From Planktothrix sp. GU0601_MAG3 (GTDB taxonomy: Bacteria; Cyanobacteriota; Cyanobacteriia; Cyanobacteriales; Microcoleaceae), in assembly GCA_035193785.1 (NCBI GenBank), contig CP136572.1, positions 2,260,578-2,324,577 of the forward strand: a stretch of 64,000 nt of DNA, written 5' to 3'. Each line of letters starts with the position of its first letter. The stretch's first letter is position 1. The position numbers and the translations under genes are program-made. Positions 49,202-63,152 of this stretch are shown piece by piece. A model generated the notes under the pieces. That model searched no databases and was not told where the DNA came from. It saw only the letters and a program-made list of their open reading frames with translations.

Positions 49202-50685
49202 ATGACCATTTTTCAGAAAATTATACAATTTCTATATACAATTTTTACCCAACCTATTAGAGTCGGTGAAATCACGATTTCGGTTAGTTTAATTATTACG
49301 GTAATTATATCACTATTATTTGTCATTTTCTTAGCTAGATTAGTGACGAACTGGCTGCGGGATAAATTATTAGTAAAATGGGGATTTGATGAAGGAAGTC
49401 GAGAAGCGATATCCACAATTTTTTATTATTTTGTCATTGCATTAGGGTTTATTATTGTTCCTCAAGCCTGCGGTTTAGATATTCGCTCTTTAACCTTCTT
49501 AGCTGGGGGTTTGGGGATTGGGATTGGTTTGGGATTTCAAGGATTATTCCAGAATTTTGTTAGCGGATTAATCTTACTTATTGAAACGTCCGGTTAAGGT
49601 AGGAGATTATGTTGAAATTGATAATTTAGAAGGCAATATTAAAAAAATATCTATTCGCGCTACAACTATTTTAACTAATGATGGAATCTCGATTATTATT
49701 CCCAATCAAACTTTAGTTAATGCCAATATTATTAACTGGAGTTATGGAAATATCAATAGTCGAATTCATATTAAAGTTCCTGTTGCTTATGGAAGTGATC
49801 CTGTGTTAGTTACAGAAGTTTTATTAACCGTTGCTCGTCAAGAATCTAGGGTTTTATCCTATCCCGCTCCTCAAGTTTGGTTAAGAAATTTTGGAGATGA
49901 TTCTATGGATTTTGAACTGTTAGTCTGGATTGATCAGCCCAAGGCTAGACTTCCGATTCAAAGTGCCTTAAACTATATGATTGAAAATGCTTTTAAAAAA
50001 AACAATATTACTATTCCCTTACCCCAAAGAGATTTATGGATTAAAAATCCCGAAGATCTGAGAATGATTTTTAAACCCGATCCAACTGTTGTTAATTCTT
50101 CAGTTCAAACCCAATCTTTTCCGATTCAAACTATTGAAAATTCTCAAGGTTTAGACCTATCTATTAATCATATATCCCTACGGGATTTATTAAGAAAAGT
50201 TGTTTATTTTGAACAGTTAACCGAACTAGAAATATTAGGATTAATTGAACAAGGGTATCGAGAAACCGTTGTTCCCGGAGCCTTTATTTTCCATGAAGGT
50301 GATCCGGGGGATGCGTTCCATATTATTCTCTCAGGTTCCGTAGAAATTCTATCAGAAAAACTCGATAAACAGATTAGAAATTTACAAGCTGGAGACTTCT
50401 TTGGGGAACTGTCTTTAATTATGGGAATCCCCCGCACGGCGGCGGTTAGAACCCTAGAAACAACCATTTTGTTTGTGGTTGATCGCAATGTATTTCATTA
50501 TTTTTTATCCAAATATCCGCAAGTCGCGGATCAAATTGCAGAAAAATTAGTTGAACGTAAACAGGAATTACTTGAACGTCAACAACTATTAAGAGAAATG
50601 GGAGTATTGGGGGCAGAAGAAGATTTAGAGAAACAATCCTTTGGTCTGGGTAAGAGAACGAATGAAAGCGTTATTTGGCATTTAA
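49202..50685 (+). CDS. MscS-family channel with C-terminal cNMP-binding domain (frameshifts at 49583 and 50630)
   Basis: GIGLGFQ..NFVSGLILL.ERPVKVGD, IIIPN, NWS; FFGELSL..PRTAAV. Confidence 0.88.
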
Positions 50686-50714
50686 AAGTAACAATGATCA
50701 ATTATTTGACTGTC

Positions 50715-51647
50715 TTAATAGTCCAAATTTGCTCGCGCATTCCGACGCCACATTTGCGGTTTAATACGTCGTAAAGCAGAAGCGCGAAATCGTTGATCCC
50801 ATTCGGTTTCAGAAAGTTCGGCTAATTCGGTTAATTTAGGAGCAATATTTTCAGGATAGGGTTGAAATTCTATAACGTCTGTTTCCTGGGAAAAACGTTG
50901 ATTCCAAGGGCAAACTTCTTGACAAATATCACACCCAGCCACCCAACCGTTTAAATTTTTGCTAATATTTTCGGGTAAGGTTTCTGCCCGATTTTCAATG
51001 GTATGATAGGCAATACAACGGTTAGCATCAACTACAAAGGGTTGGGTAATTGCACCCGTGGGACAGGCTTCTAAACATCGGGTACAGGTGCCACAATGTT
51101 GAGTATGGGGAGGGTCGGGGGTGAGGGTTAAATTGGTTAAAATTTCCCCTAAAAATACCCAAGATCCGTATTTTCTAGTAATCAGATTACTATTTTTAGC
51201 AATCCATCCAATTCCGGCTTTTTCTGCCCAAACTTTATCTTGAATTGGCCCGGTATCGGCATAATATCGGGCTTGAATTCCGGGTGCTTGTTGTTGTAAC
51301 CATTCGGAAAAAGTCTTTAATTTTTTATGTAAAACCCTATGATAATCTCGTCCCCGAGCATAACGGGAAATTTTACCCAATTCGGGATTTTCTGGTTGTT
51401 GATCGGGGGTATAATAGTTGAGTGCTACACAAATAACTGATGCAACTTCTGGCATTAATTGACGAATATTTTGGCGTTTGGGGCTATTCATCCAAGCCAT
51501 ATCCGCGGCATATCCTTGGTCTAACCAAGATTGCAGGTGTTGACGGTTTTCTTCGGTTTCAATAATTGCTGCAATACCAACTTGATGAAATCCCAAATCT
51601 AGGGCTTTTTGTTTAATTAGATTGGTGTTAATTGGTGAATTCATCAT
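50715..51647 (-). CDS. queG: Epoxyqueuosine reductase QueG
   Basis: [35 protein letters not shown]. Confidence 0.93.
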   Translation of the reverse strand: MMNSPINTNLIKQKALDLGFHQVGIAAIIETEENRQHLQSWLDQGYAADMAWMNSPKRQNIRQLMPEVASVICVALNYYTPDQQPENPELGKISRYARGRDYHRVLHKKLKTFSEWLQQQAPGIQARYYADTGPIQDKVWAEKAGIGWIAKNSNLITRKYGSWVFLGEILTNLTLTPDPPHTQHCGTCTRCLEACPTGAITQPFVVDANRCIAYHTIENRAETLPENISKNLNGWVAGCDICQEVCPWNQRFSQETDVIEFQPYPENIAPKLTELAELSETEWDQRFRASALRRIKPQMWRRNARANLDY

Positions 51648-51710
51648 GGTTATATATAGCAGGAGAAAGTTTAAGATTCCTCCTGTCTCCTGTCTATATT
51701 GAATCAGTGC

Positions 51711-52142
51711 CTATGCTTTCGGGGTTTTATCGGGTAAACTAGCTTGTAATTTCAAACAATTGCCACCTTCAATTTGTAAACAATAATCCACTCGATCCAT
51801 TAAGCGATTCATAATTAACCAACCATAACCATTTTCTTGTTTATCTTCTGGTTTAGGCGGATTATAATTATCGATTTCATAACCGGTACCGTGATCCCAA
51901 ATTTCTAAGGAAATATCTCGTTCTTGTAATTCTAAACGAACCATCACAGGAAGATGGGGTTTATCGCGGTGAGCATGACGGATGACGTTGGAGTAAGCTT
52001 CTGCAAGGACAAGGCGAAACCGATTCGACTGACGGGGCCAATCGACATGATCTCCTAGTTCGACTTCCAAACTGCTCAATAACCAGTTTTCAACGATGGT
52101 TAAAAACCTAATATCGCTTGGCACTTGAAGCTCAGTTTTCAT
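51711..52142 (-). CDS. RsbW-like anti-sigma factor / HATPase kinase
   Basis: EAYSNVIRHAH, IWDHGTG, GYGWLIM. Confidence 0.85.
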   Translation of the reverse strand: MKTELQVPSDIRFLTIVENWLLSSLEVELGDHVDWPRQSNRFRLVLAEAYSNVIRHAHRDKPHLPVMVRLELQERDISLEIWDHGTGYEIDNYNPPKPEDKQENGYGWLIMNRLMDRVDYCLQIEGGNCLKLQASLPDKTPKA

Positions 52143-53825
52143 CGGTCAACAAAACCTCCAGAGAGAGTATAGTCTGATCATCTTCCTGAACGGGATTATG
52201 TTCTCGGATGGCGGCTAATAGGCCGTCTAAATTTAATTGTTCTTGCTGTTGGAGTAACTTCCAAAGTCCCTCCTGTTGCAACATAGAGCGAATGGCGGGA
52301 CTGCCATCGGTTGAGTCTTGCACCACTGTAGCTTCAGTAATCCCATCACTGGTGACTAAGAAGATATCACCGGGGTTGAGGGCGAGACTATCTCCTTTGC
52401 CTCTCCAGACGGGAAGAATTCCTAAAGGAATCCCACGGGTCTTGAGGAACATCGGTTCCACGGGAACAGATGAATTCGGGTGATTCTCCCCCAGGTTACT
52501 CTCCAGCTTTGACCAAACCAGGGGATAAATATGTCCGGCATTGGCATAGGCTAAATGTCGCGTAGAAGGCGTGTAACGAGCCACAACCATCGTAATAAAG
52601 TGATTATTACTGACTAAATCATCGGACAAAATGCTATTCAGATTTTGCATGACTTGATCGGGTTTCTGGGGAACTTTCCACGGATAGTTCCCGACGCATC
52701 ACCGAAATCGCACTGGCCATAAATAGGGCCGCTGGAACCCCCTTACCGGACACATCCCCCAGGGCTACCCAAATATCTCCCTGGGGATGGGTAAAGACTT
52801 CAAAGAAATCTCCTCCCACCTCCCGGGCTGGATGACAACAGGCTTGTACCCGCAGGGTCTCAAACTCTGGCCAACTCTGACGCAGGAGATTATTTTGAAT
52901 TTGACTGGCGACTTTGAGTTCGTTCTGCATCTGTTCGGCTAACTCTACCGTGCGTTGATAGAGTTTGGCTTGGGACAGTGCTACAGAGGCCTGTTCGGAA
53001 ACGACTTCCAACAGTTGAATATCATCCTCTGACCAAGGAGAGGGACTGTTTTCTTGATAAATGGCCAAAACCGCCAGTAAATCATGTTGATAGGTCAGGG
53101 GTAAAACGATTTGACTGACTGGGTTAGAGTTTTCTCCCTGTTGAATTTCAATGTCTCGACTTTCTAAGACCCCTTGCATTGAGGTTTCCAGTTGAGATAA
53201 CCAAGTTTGGACATTCTCTGTTTCTCCCCCGTAGGAAAAAGTTTGAGCAGAAAGTTTCCCCGCTTCAACCGAGCGAATACAGCAGCCCGTGGCATTAAAG
53301 GTTTCTCCCAGGGTGCGAACAATCGTCTGGAGCATACTGGAGTAGTCGAGGGACTCTCGCAGGGCACTGACAACATCGTTATAGAGAGATTCCCGCCGCA
53401 GGGCACGCCGCAGGGTGTTTGTCCTTTGTTTGAAGAATTTATATGTTTCCGAAGCTTGTTGAATTACAGACTTTAGTTCTTCAGGATTCCAAGGTTTGGT
53501 GATGTATTTGAAAACTTGGCCAGAGTTAATCGCTTCCACAAGGTCTTCGACATCCGTATATCCGGTTAACAGAATCCGAATGGTGTCTGGAAAACGTTCA
53601 ACGGTTTTACCGAGAAATTCGGTTTCCGTTCATTTCTGGCATTCGTTGATCGGAAATAATCACGGCCATTTCACCCTCGTCGTCGAGAATTTGCAGAGCT
53701 TTGAGGGCGCTGTCGGCCTTGAACACTTGGAAGTCCCGGCGAAATGTCCGAAACAACAAATCTAAGTTGTCTGGTTCGTCATCGACGACCATGAGTTTCA
53801 GCTTTCGACCGTCTCCCCGACTCAT
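52132..53825 (-). CDS. REC-GAF-PP2C (RsbU/SpoIIE-like) phosphatase (frameshifts at 52662 and 53622)
   Basis: MVVDDEPDN receiver, GAF region, VGGDFF, GDVSGKG, SDGITEA, EDDQT. Confidence 0.9.
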
Positions 53826-54189
53826 GCGATTCTCTACTCCCAGATGAACAGATCAGGTGTTACCCATATTATCAAACAAACGGGTGCAAAACCCCGAATC
53901 AAGAATCTTCCTACTCTATAGATGGGGTTTCGGTAAGATACGGACGAATTTAACAATTTGACCTGTGACTTCAATTCCGATTAAATGATTTTCTAAAGTA
54001 AATCTATAAAAAATAGCACTGGAAACCTAAAGCTTTAAGTTCAGGTAAATCCTTGATATTGTTAACATCTTTAAATTCAACAAACACAAAATGATAGACC
54101 CTAGAATAAGCTGATGCTTCTAAGTTCATCAGGTCATGGACAAAAGAACGACCATAGCGAACATCGAGAGTCACGACGGGTTTATTTAT

Positions 54190-54456
54190 TTACTCATTCA
54201 CTTTGGGCATGGGACGATAGGTAGGATGTTCTGGATGGGTGGTCGTTGACCGATTATACTCAAAATACAGCATTTGTAGGGCTTCATCATAGGTTAAGGA
54301 GTCCCCCGGTTTGAGGTCTTCCTTGGCTTCTTGAATGGCCTTGAGTATATAGGTATCATAGATTAGGGTCTGCAAGGATTTCCATGCTTTTCCTAAATCT
54401 TCTTCGGAAACCTGATCCACTAAGTAGTGCAGTTTTTTTCTAAGCGGATTTATCAT
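54190..54456 (-). CDS. Small hypothetical protein (antitoxin-like)
   Basis: MINPLRKKLHYLVDQVSEEDL..LTYDEAL; start uncertain. Confidence 0.55.
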   Translation of the reverse strand: MINPLRKKLHYLVDQVSEEDLGKAWKSLQTLIYDTYILKAIQEAKEDLKPGDSLTYDEALQMLYFEYNRSTTTHPEHPTYRPMPKVNE

Positions 54457-54522
54457 TTTTACAGTTAAAATCCCGACTCGGGTAGTCTGCATTTACTATT
54501 TTATCAGTTTTGGGCTCGATCT

Positions 54523-54768
54523 TCAAATTGTAAAGTGCCGTTTGAAACGTGGATCAAGATCGGCTTTCTTTTTGCGATTACATTGAAAACACAGGGTTTG
54601 TAAATTACTAATATCATTAGATCCTCCCTTAGCTAAGGGAATAATATGATCCATAGTTAGTTGGGCTTCATTTTCTGTTTTGCCACAACCTTTACATTGA
54701 TAATTGTCCCGGCCAAATACATAGGTTCGGACTTCTGGAGGAATAAAAATTCTAGGGGTTTTATTCAT
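54523..54768 (-). CDS. Stand-alone HNH endonuclease
   Basis: RDNYQCKGC..DHIIPLAKGGSNDISNLQTLCFQCN. Confidence 0.9.
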   Translation of the reverse strand: MNKTPRIFIPPEVRTYVFGRDNYQCKGCGKTENEAQLTMDHIIPLAKGGSNDISNLQTLCFQCNRKKKADLDPRFKRHFTI

Positions 54769-54843
54769 GGTTTTACCTTTAATTCAACCATCGCTCTATT
54801 CTTTAATTATAGATCATAATCTACTCATTTCTCAATACCCTAT

Positions 54844-55332
54844 TTAAAAATCTCCCAATTTTGACTTAATGATCAAATCAAGATTCTGCCAATCTTCAAG
54901 ATTAGATTGGGACAATAATAAATATTTTTCATAACCCAATTTTAACCTATTTTCCATCTCAGCATATAGGTTACGACTGTTAGCGGTGGGACAGATAAAA
55001 GAATATTCAACCAAAGCAAAATTCAGGGCAAACCATAGGCAATAAATCAATTGTACATTCCGATCGCTTTCTAATTTCCCTAAAGAATTATAGATAGCTG
55101 ATGCAATTCTCCCAAACTCATTTTCTGCCTTAGTATTAGTTGCGCCCATTTCACAAACCAGATCATAGTTTAAATCAGAATATTGATTTTTGCCTTTAGT
55201 CCATAATTTATTAAACAGTTCATCGCTATTAACTTTTCTGGGATTTTCTCGACTATTAATAATGCTGCAAATTTCATTTATTAAATCATCAATTGTAAAA
55301 TATAAAGTGTAAATTTTTTCTATATTATTCAT
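54844..55332 (-). CDS. Hypothetical protein (AT-rich)
   Basis: 162-aa ORF; no recognised motif. Confidence 0.65.
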   Translation of the reverse strand: MNNIEKIYTLYFTIDDLINEICSIINSRENPRKVNSDELFNKLWTKGKNQYSDLNYDLVCEMGATNTKAENEFGRIASAIYNSLGKLESDRNVQLIYCLWFALNFALVEYSFICPTANSRNLYAEMENRLKLGYEKYLLLSQSNLEDWQNLDLIIKSKLGDF

Positions 55333-55440
55333 GGTTATTTGTGAAAGTTAAGGGAATAAGGATTTATTTTTTGATCATTCTAATAGAGGGCAATAATTTT
55401 TATTCTATATATTTATAAAAACTATTGCCTATTGCTTTAT

Positions 55441-55848
55441 TTAACTATTATTTTCTCGGTTTAATGTTTGACGAATATCATCTAAGGATTTTACCATTTC
55501 ATCCATTTCTTCTTCTTCATCAACTTCATCTTCTTCCGGTTCGTCTGGACAAAATTCGAGAGTAACTTTCATTTTCAGGGTTCCGGGTTGCCATTCTTTC
55601 GCACCTAACTTTAAAAGTTGACACTCTTTTCCTTCTTCAAACCATTGTTTGTCATAACGACTATTATCTATAATCACAGAAAATGATTGATTAGATTGTT
55701 GACTAACAAGTGATTCTATAATTCTATATGAATTTTCTTTCAAAGCATACTCAAGATCTTGTTTCAGCCTTTCAACAAGGCAAGTATGATTTCCAAATAA
55801 CAGAACTTCATAATTTTCACAGTTTTTTGAATCAACTACATCACTCAT
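55441..55848 (-). CDS. KGK domain protein
   Basis: WFEEGKECQLLKLGAKEWQPGTLKMKVTLEFCPDEPE..SLDDIRQ. Confidence 0.85.
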   Translation of the reverse strand: MSDVVDSKNCENYEVLLFGNHTCLVERLKQDLEYALKENSYRIIESLVSQQSNQSFSVIIDNSRYDKQWFEEGKECQLLKLGAKEWQPGTLKMKVTLEFCPDEPEEDEVDEEEEMDEMVKSLDDIRQTLNRENNS

Positions 55849-55942
55849 GTCTAAACAATGACCTCATAAAATATCAATATGTTTATTTTAGAGTTATAAC
55901 AATATTTTGTCAATATTAAAATTATTATAATTTGGTGTAACC

Positions 55943-55976
55943 AAAACCCCGGATTCTTTAAGAAACCGGGGTTTTT
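55943..55976. terminator. Hairpin between dynamin and KGK genes
   Basis: AAAACCCCGG..CCGGGGTTTTT. Confidence 0.55.
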
Positions 55977-55998
55977 ATTAGCGAGTTTATGAGTCTAA

Positions 55999-58406
55999 TT
56001 AGAAATCAATCTGCTCATCAACAACACCAGAATTAGCAATAGTTGGTAATAAGTGTTCAAACAGTTGCATCGACTGTAAACAACTATTGATTTCCGAAAC
56101 AATTTGATTGTATTCCTTAATCTTTTGATTCACTTCCGAATTAGATTTGGCATTATTTTTGATTTTCTCCTCCGCTTCCTGCTCCAAAGTTTTTTCCAAA
56201 TAAACCCGCGCTTGACTATACTGCTGCATAATCTCATCCGCTTGAATATCCGTCATGGGTAATAAATTGGTTTTGAGAGTTTGGTTAACAGTTTGACGGA
56301 AGGTTTGATGAATCGTTTTTGAGACTTTAGGCTCAAAATCTAACTTCAACAATTGACGGATAGCGGGTTTCAGCATCAACTATTGCTTTAACATCATAAC
56401 TGGATGAGGTTTGTAATAGAGTTTGGCGAAATTGATAAATTGAAAATGTGCCTTCATCATAGAATTTAGGGCTTTCTCGCACATAGCGATCGCATTCAGT
56501 TTTGGCCATCGCAGTTAATGCTTGATTCACTTCTGTTTCTAACTCTTTTAAGCGTTTTTCTAAACCCCCATCATTCCCTAATAAACGATTGAGTTTGCGA
56601 TAATATTCGGTTTTGCGAACTTTTTCAATTAAACGACGGAAAAAACCAGCATTCACCGATTTAACTGACTCAACCAAAATATCCTCCAATTGATTCGCTA
56701 AATAATACAAAGCTTCAACCAAAACCGCTAATAACGGTGCAGTTGCATTCCGAGGATGATTGAAAGTAGCGCGACTATAGGCTTCTTTTACAGAAAAACC
56801 ATCTAATAATTCATCTAAACGCCGCACCATCCGAGATTCTAATTGCTTGAAATCCTGTTCAAAGCTATCACATTTATTGGTGATAATCTGATTAATTTCT
56901 TCCGTAATATGATCTCGAAATTCCTGTCCCGCTTCCTGTAATTGTTGATTTAGGAGTTGTAATTCCTGGGCTTTCATCGCCTCAATTTCCCGGGGTTGAC
57001 TGTCTAAATCTATTTGAATTGATTCATAATACTTGCGTAGGGGAATACAAATATCTTCTAAATCATCGGCTAGATTTTTAAACAGTTGGGGGCGTTTTTC
57101 TTCGCTTAAATAGTAGGTGATAGCGGTGCGAAAATCCTCAATTCCGCTATCTTTAATTAACTGATCAATTAACGGCTGTCCCCAATCTGCTAAAACTCGG
57201 GTGTAGTTTTGATTCGGGGATTCATAAGCATTAAAAGTGAGTTGAAACTGGACTGGAAGTTTGCGAGAAAAGGCACAATAGTTATTAAAAGCATAGACAA
57301 ATTGGGGAGTTTCTTCTTCTCCGCCCAATCCTTTAATACTTTCGGCGAAAATACTATCTAAACCAAAGCGATCTCGTCCACTCGCGCCTTTAATTTGACT
57401 GCCATAAAACCCTAATAAGCCACTGGTTTTATAGACCCTGGTGGTATCTTTAAAGTCAGAATAAATTAGGTTATCTAACCGTTGACGTAGTTGGGGATTA
57501 TACCAGGTTTCATCAATTCGATTAAAGATATAAAAAACCCGATCACGGATACTCGGATTTTGACGAATTCGTTCTAAAAGTTCCGTTTCTTCAATGGTCA
57601 TTTCTCCCGCCGATGCAGGTTTCAAAATACAGACCACCGCCGATGTATCAGGATGCTCAATTTTGTTATAGGTTAATTGGGCATCTTTCTCTACGGGAGC
57701 ATCAATTCCAGGGGTATCTATAATTACATTTCCATCTTGTAATAGGGGATGATAGCAATAGTATTCAATCCGTTTTAAGACCGCGCTATTACTTCCTCGA
57801 CGGGCATAACTCGCCGATTCTTTGAGGTTGGAAAAGTTAAACTGTTCCATGGAATAGGTCGCGTTATTTAGGGTTTGAATGCGATCGCGATTTTCGGTAA
57901 ATCCCTTGATTAATAAATCTAACGCTTTAGCTTGTTTTGCCCGTTCCGATTTATTCACTCCTCCTTCTTGCTGAATAATTTTTTCGCATCCTTCTACTAA
58001 TATATCAATCATATCATTTCGATTGATATTAACGTTAGAAGATAACCCCAATAATTGACATAAAGTAGTGACTTGTTCCCGAATTTCGGCTTCACTTAAA
58101 AAGGTTAAAACTACCCGTTCTTGATCCGGTTTCAGCATAGTCAATATAACATTCAGTTCCAGTAGCGTGTCCCTCGGCACTATATAATAATTCCCTTTCT
58201 AAAAGGGCATTAATTAACATAGATTTTCCGGCACTAAACGCCCCCGCAAACACAATTTCAAATTTGGGAGAAATGACTTTCTTTAAGGAAGCATTAACAG
58301 CAGTAATATCCTGTTGGCGCAGGGAGGGCTCTTGATGTAGGAGCTTGACTAAACTTTCAACCTGGTGTTGTAAATTTTGGCACTGGGGCGACAGTTGATG
58401 ATTCAT
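55999..58406 (-). CDS. SynDLP-type (KGK clade) dynamin-like GTPase, about 800 aa (frameshifts at 56367 and 58129)
   Basis: G1 GAFSAGKS, G3 DTPG, G4 NRID, HPRN loop, N- and C-terminal Cys; KGK gene downstream. Confidence 0.88.
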
Positions 58407-58643
58407 AGATAAAACTTTACTTTTGCTGAAAATTATCTCACTTTAGATTATCCCTGATCGAATATGACTTCGGGATTAAATTTTACTTTAATTTACAATT
58501 CCAGTGTTAATCAGGTTCCCATTTTAGTTAACTTAGGTAAATCACAGAAAGTATGCTATAATTAAATGCCAATTTAGTTGATATACTGGTACATCTTCAC
58601 TTGAACAATAAACCTTACTATTCTTTGTTTTCTGTTATAAAAT

Positions 58644-59543
58644 ATGGACAGTTTAACAACAGCATCAACCCCTCAAGATATTAATGTGACGATACTCCTT
58701 TTGGGAGGTTATCAATATCAAATCACCTTACCCTCAAATTCTCCCCTACTCTTAAATTTATTAAATGCCGTGGTTCATCCCACCGAAAAAAATCAGGATG
58801 AACAGCCGAAACTGTTTCAAATTCCGATGAATGGACAGCAACAAGCCCTATGGTTTTCTAGTAATTCTTTAGTCGGAGTAATTACCGAACCGCCGATTTT
58901 TATTAAAGCGCATACTCCCGTAATTCCTGCTACGCCCCAAGGGGAAATTTTTAAAATTAAATATTGGCAAATTGATAATTTTTTATCTCCAGAAGACCAT
59001 CAAAAAATCCTGAATTATGCTTTAGAACAGGAGCAGCAATTCCAATTAACTGGCCCAGCCACCAACACATCAGACTATCCTGAACATCGGGATTCTTTGG
59101 TTCTCTATTATTCTCCAGATTTTGGCGATATGATTATAAATCGAGTTAAAGCGGTGTTCTGGAAAGTCTTAGAAAAACTCGATATTCCCCCGTTTCCTAT
59201 TACCCATATTGATGCCCAACTCACCGCCCATAACCACGGTCATTATTTCCGAACTCATAATGATAATGGTTCGGCTAGGGATGAGTCCCGAATGTTAACT
59301 TATGTTTATTATTTCTATCAGGAACCCAAGGTATTTACTGGAGGAGAATTATTAATTTATGATACCCAATGGCAAGGTCAATATGCCTATTCTAAATTAG
59401 AACACTTTCAAGCTATTGAACCTTTGAATAATCGAATTGTCTTTTTTTATAGTGGTTTAATGCACGAAGTTCTACCTGTTGATTGTCCCTCTAAACAGTT
59501 TAAAGATAGTCGATTTACGGTTAATGGTTGGGTGAGGAAATAG
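58644..59543 (+). CDS. 2OG-Fe(II) oxygenase (prolyl-hydroxylase-like)
   Basis: HND, FTGGEL, HEV, SRFTVNGW. Confidence 0.88.
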   Translation: MDSLTTASTPQDINVTILLLGGYQYQITLPSNSPLLLNLLNAVVHPTEKNQDEQPKLFQIPMNGQQQALWFSSNSLVGVITEPPIFIKAHTPVIPATPQGEIFKIKYWQIDNFLSPEDHQKILNYALEQEQQFQLTGPATNTSDYPEHRDSLVLYYSPDFGDMIINRVKAVFWKVLEKLDIPPFPITHIDAQLTAHNHGHYFRTHNDNGSARDESRMLTYVYYFYQEPKVFTGGELLIYDTQWQGQYAYSKLEHFQAIEPLNNRIVFFYSGLMHEVLPVDCPSKQFKDSRFTVNGWVRK

Positions 59544-59840
59544 GGAATAGGTAATGGGTAATGGGTAATGGGTAATGGGTAATGGGTAATAGGTAATAGG
59601 TATTGGGTGAACTTAATGCCAAAAGCCCGGAAATAAATTTCCGGCTGTAGAGACGTGCCATGGCGCGTCTCTGCGTTATCTAAAGATGACTCAAGATTGA
59701 TCTTTCTTAACCCGTTTTAACGGGTTTGAGCTTTTAGCCCGAAATTTATTTCCGGGTGCTAAAGTTCGGGCTATAGAGACGTGCCATGAGAGAGACGCGC
59801 CATGGCACGTCTCTACATCGAAATTTATTTCCGGGTGCTG
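59543..59840. repeat. Cluster of (GGGTAAT)n, GAAATTTATTTCCGGG-type and GAGACG(T/C)GCCATGGC palindromic repeats
   Basis: Nested palindromes including AACCCGTTTTAACGGGTT between convergent genes. Confidence 0.75.
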
Positions 59841-59841
59841 C

Positions 59842-60889
<1,048 letters not shown>

Positions 60890-61041
60890 TTAATTATCCC
60901 ATTAGGGCGGGTTCTGGATGTCCCTAATTTGTTAATAAATGTAACGTTTTTAAAAAAATAGCGATCTCCATCGCCACTACAACTGTCTAGCCGGCAAATC
61001 GCCTACAATAATTATTAGAGTCTATATACCATTTTTTATTT

Positions 61042-63152
61042 ATGATTAGCAACCTATATATTACTAGCATTGAACCCGATAGCGGTAAATCCTTAATTCT
61101 GTTAGGAATCATGGAATTACTCTCGAAACGCATCCGACGGTTAGGATTTTTCCGGCCAATCATTCAGGCGGGAATTAAACCGGATAATGATATTGAGCTA
61201 ATTCGTAGTCGCTATCATTTGGAGTTTCCCTATCAAAATTATTATGGTGTTACCCATGAGGAAACCCGAACTTTAATTGCGGAAGGACAGTTTGAAGAAA
61301 TCCTGAAACGGATTATTGAGAAATATAAGATTTTAGAAGCAAAATGTGATTTTATTGTCTGTGAAGGTACGGATTTTACCGATATTATTTCCGCCTTTGA
61401 ATTTAACTTTAATGCCGAAATTGCCCATCAACTCGATGCACCGATTTTATTGGTGGCGAATGGACAGGGGAAAAGCCAAGAGGAGGTAATTAGTAGTGTA
61501 AAAAGTGAACGGGAAGCCTTTATAGAAAAGGATTTAACCCTGATAGCAACAATGGTTAATCGGATTTCTTCAGAACAATTTTTATCCATTTCCCAGGAAT
61601 TAGAACAGATTTGGTCTTATGATGATCCCGTATTTGTTTTACCTGAAATAGAATCCCTAGCCAAACCAACCGTTGGGGAAATTGTGGCGGCTCTTGAGGC
61701 TAAATTTGTCCATGGAGATCCCGAACAATTAAAACAGGAAGTGCTATCTTTTAAAGTGGCAGCGATGCACGTTCCTAATTTTCTCTATCATATTCGAGAA
61801 GGTTGTTTAATTATTACCCCAGGTGATCGGGCTGATATTATTCTAGCTTGTTTAGCGTCGGCTTTTTCAGAAACCTATCCCAATATTGCCGGAATTATTT
61901 TAACTGGGGGGTTTGAAACTGCCTCCCTCCTTGCAAAAACTAATTCAAGGGTTTAAAAAATGGACAGTACCGATGTTTATGGTAGAAACCGATACCTATA
62001 GTACCGCAACCATAATCAACCATATTCACTCAAAAATTACCCCCGATAATGAACGAAAAATTGCCTCAGCTTTAGGACTGTTTGAAAACCATATTGATAC
62101 ATCTAAAATTGAAAAACGGATTTCTCTATCCCGTTCTTCCCATATTACTCCGATTATGTTCGAGTACGAACTGGTCGCCCGGGCGAAAACAAGACGTCAA
62201 CATATTGTTCTACCCGAAGGCACAGAAGAACGGATTTTAAAAGCCACTGAAATTCTATTAAGACGGGGAATTGTCGATATTACCCTATTAGGAAATCCCC
62301 AAGAAATTCGAGAAAAAGCAATTTCACTGGGATTAAAGTTAGAGGGAGTTAATATTATTAATCCCATGACCTCCCCCTGGCATGAAGACTATGCTCAAAC
62401 CTATTATCAACTGCGACAACATAAGGGAATTACGCAAGATTGTGCCTTAGATGTGATGCACGATTTAAGTTATTTTGGCACGATGATGGTTTATAAAGGC
62501 ATGGCCGATGGCATGGTTTCTGGGGCCGTTCATACCACCGGACATACGATTCGTCCCGCCTTAGAATTTATTAAAACTCAACCGGGATGTTCGATTGTTT
62601 CTAGTGTGTTTTTTATGTGTTTAGAAGACCGGGTTTTGGTCTATGGAGATTGTGCGGTAAATCCCAATCCTAACCCCCAACAATTAGGCGATATTGCGAT
62701 TAGTTCTGCCCTCACCGCCGAACAATTTGGAGTTGAAACCCTTAGTGGCGATGTTATCCTATTCCACCGGAGAATCAGGACAGGGAAAAGATGTAGATAA
62801 GGTGCGAGAAGCCACCATCATTGCCCGGAAATTACGCCCCGATTTAAAAATAGAAGGCCCCATCCAATACGATGCGGCCGTTGATGAAGATGTGGCTAAA
62901 ACCAAACTACCAGGAAGTGAAGTTGCCGGACACGCAACGGTATTTATTTTCCCGGATTTAAACACCGGAAATAATACTTATAAAGCCGTACAAAGGTCTG
63001 CAAATGCCGTTGCCATTGGCCCGGTTTTACAAGGATTAAATAAACCCGTTAATGATTTGAGTCGGGGCTGTACAATTACCGATATTGTGAATACCGTTGC
63101 AATTACCGCTATTCAAGCCCAGTCCATTGAATTAAAACTCATTAAGCCCTAA
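61042..63152 (+). CDS. pta: Phosphate acetyltransferase with AAA_26/DRTGG domains (frameshifts at 61915 and 62735)
   Basis: [40 protein letters not shown]. Confidence 0.95.

Noticed and set aside
49202..50774. MscS ORF overlapping queG
   Set aside because: Overlap is caused by the GAAAC error at 50630; corrected stop is 50685
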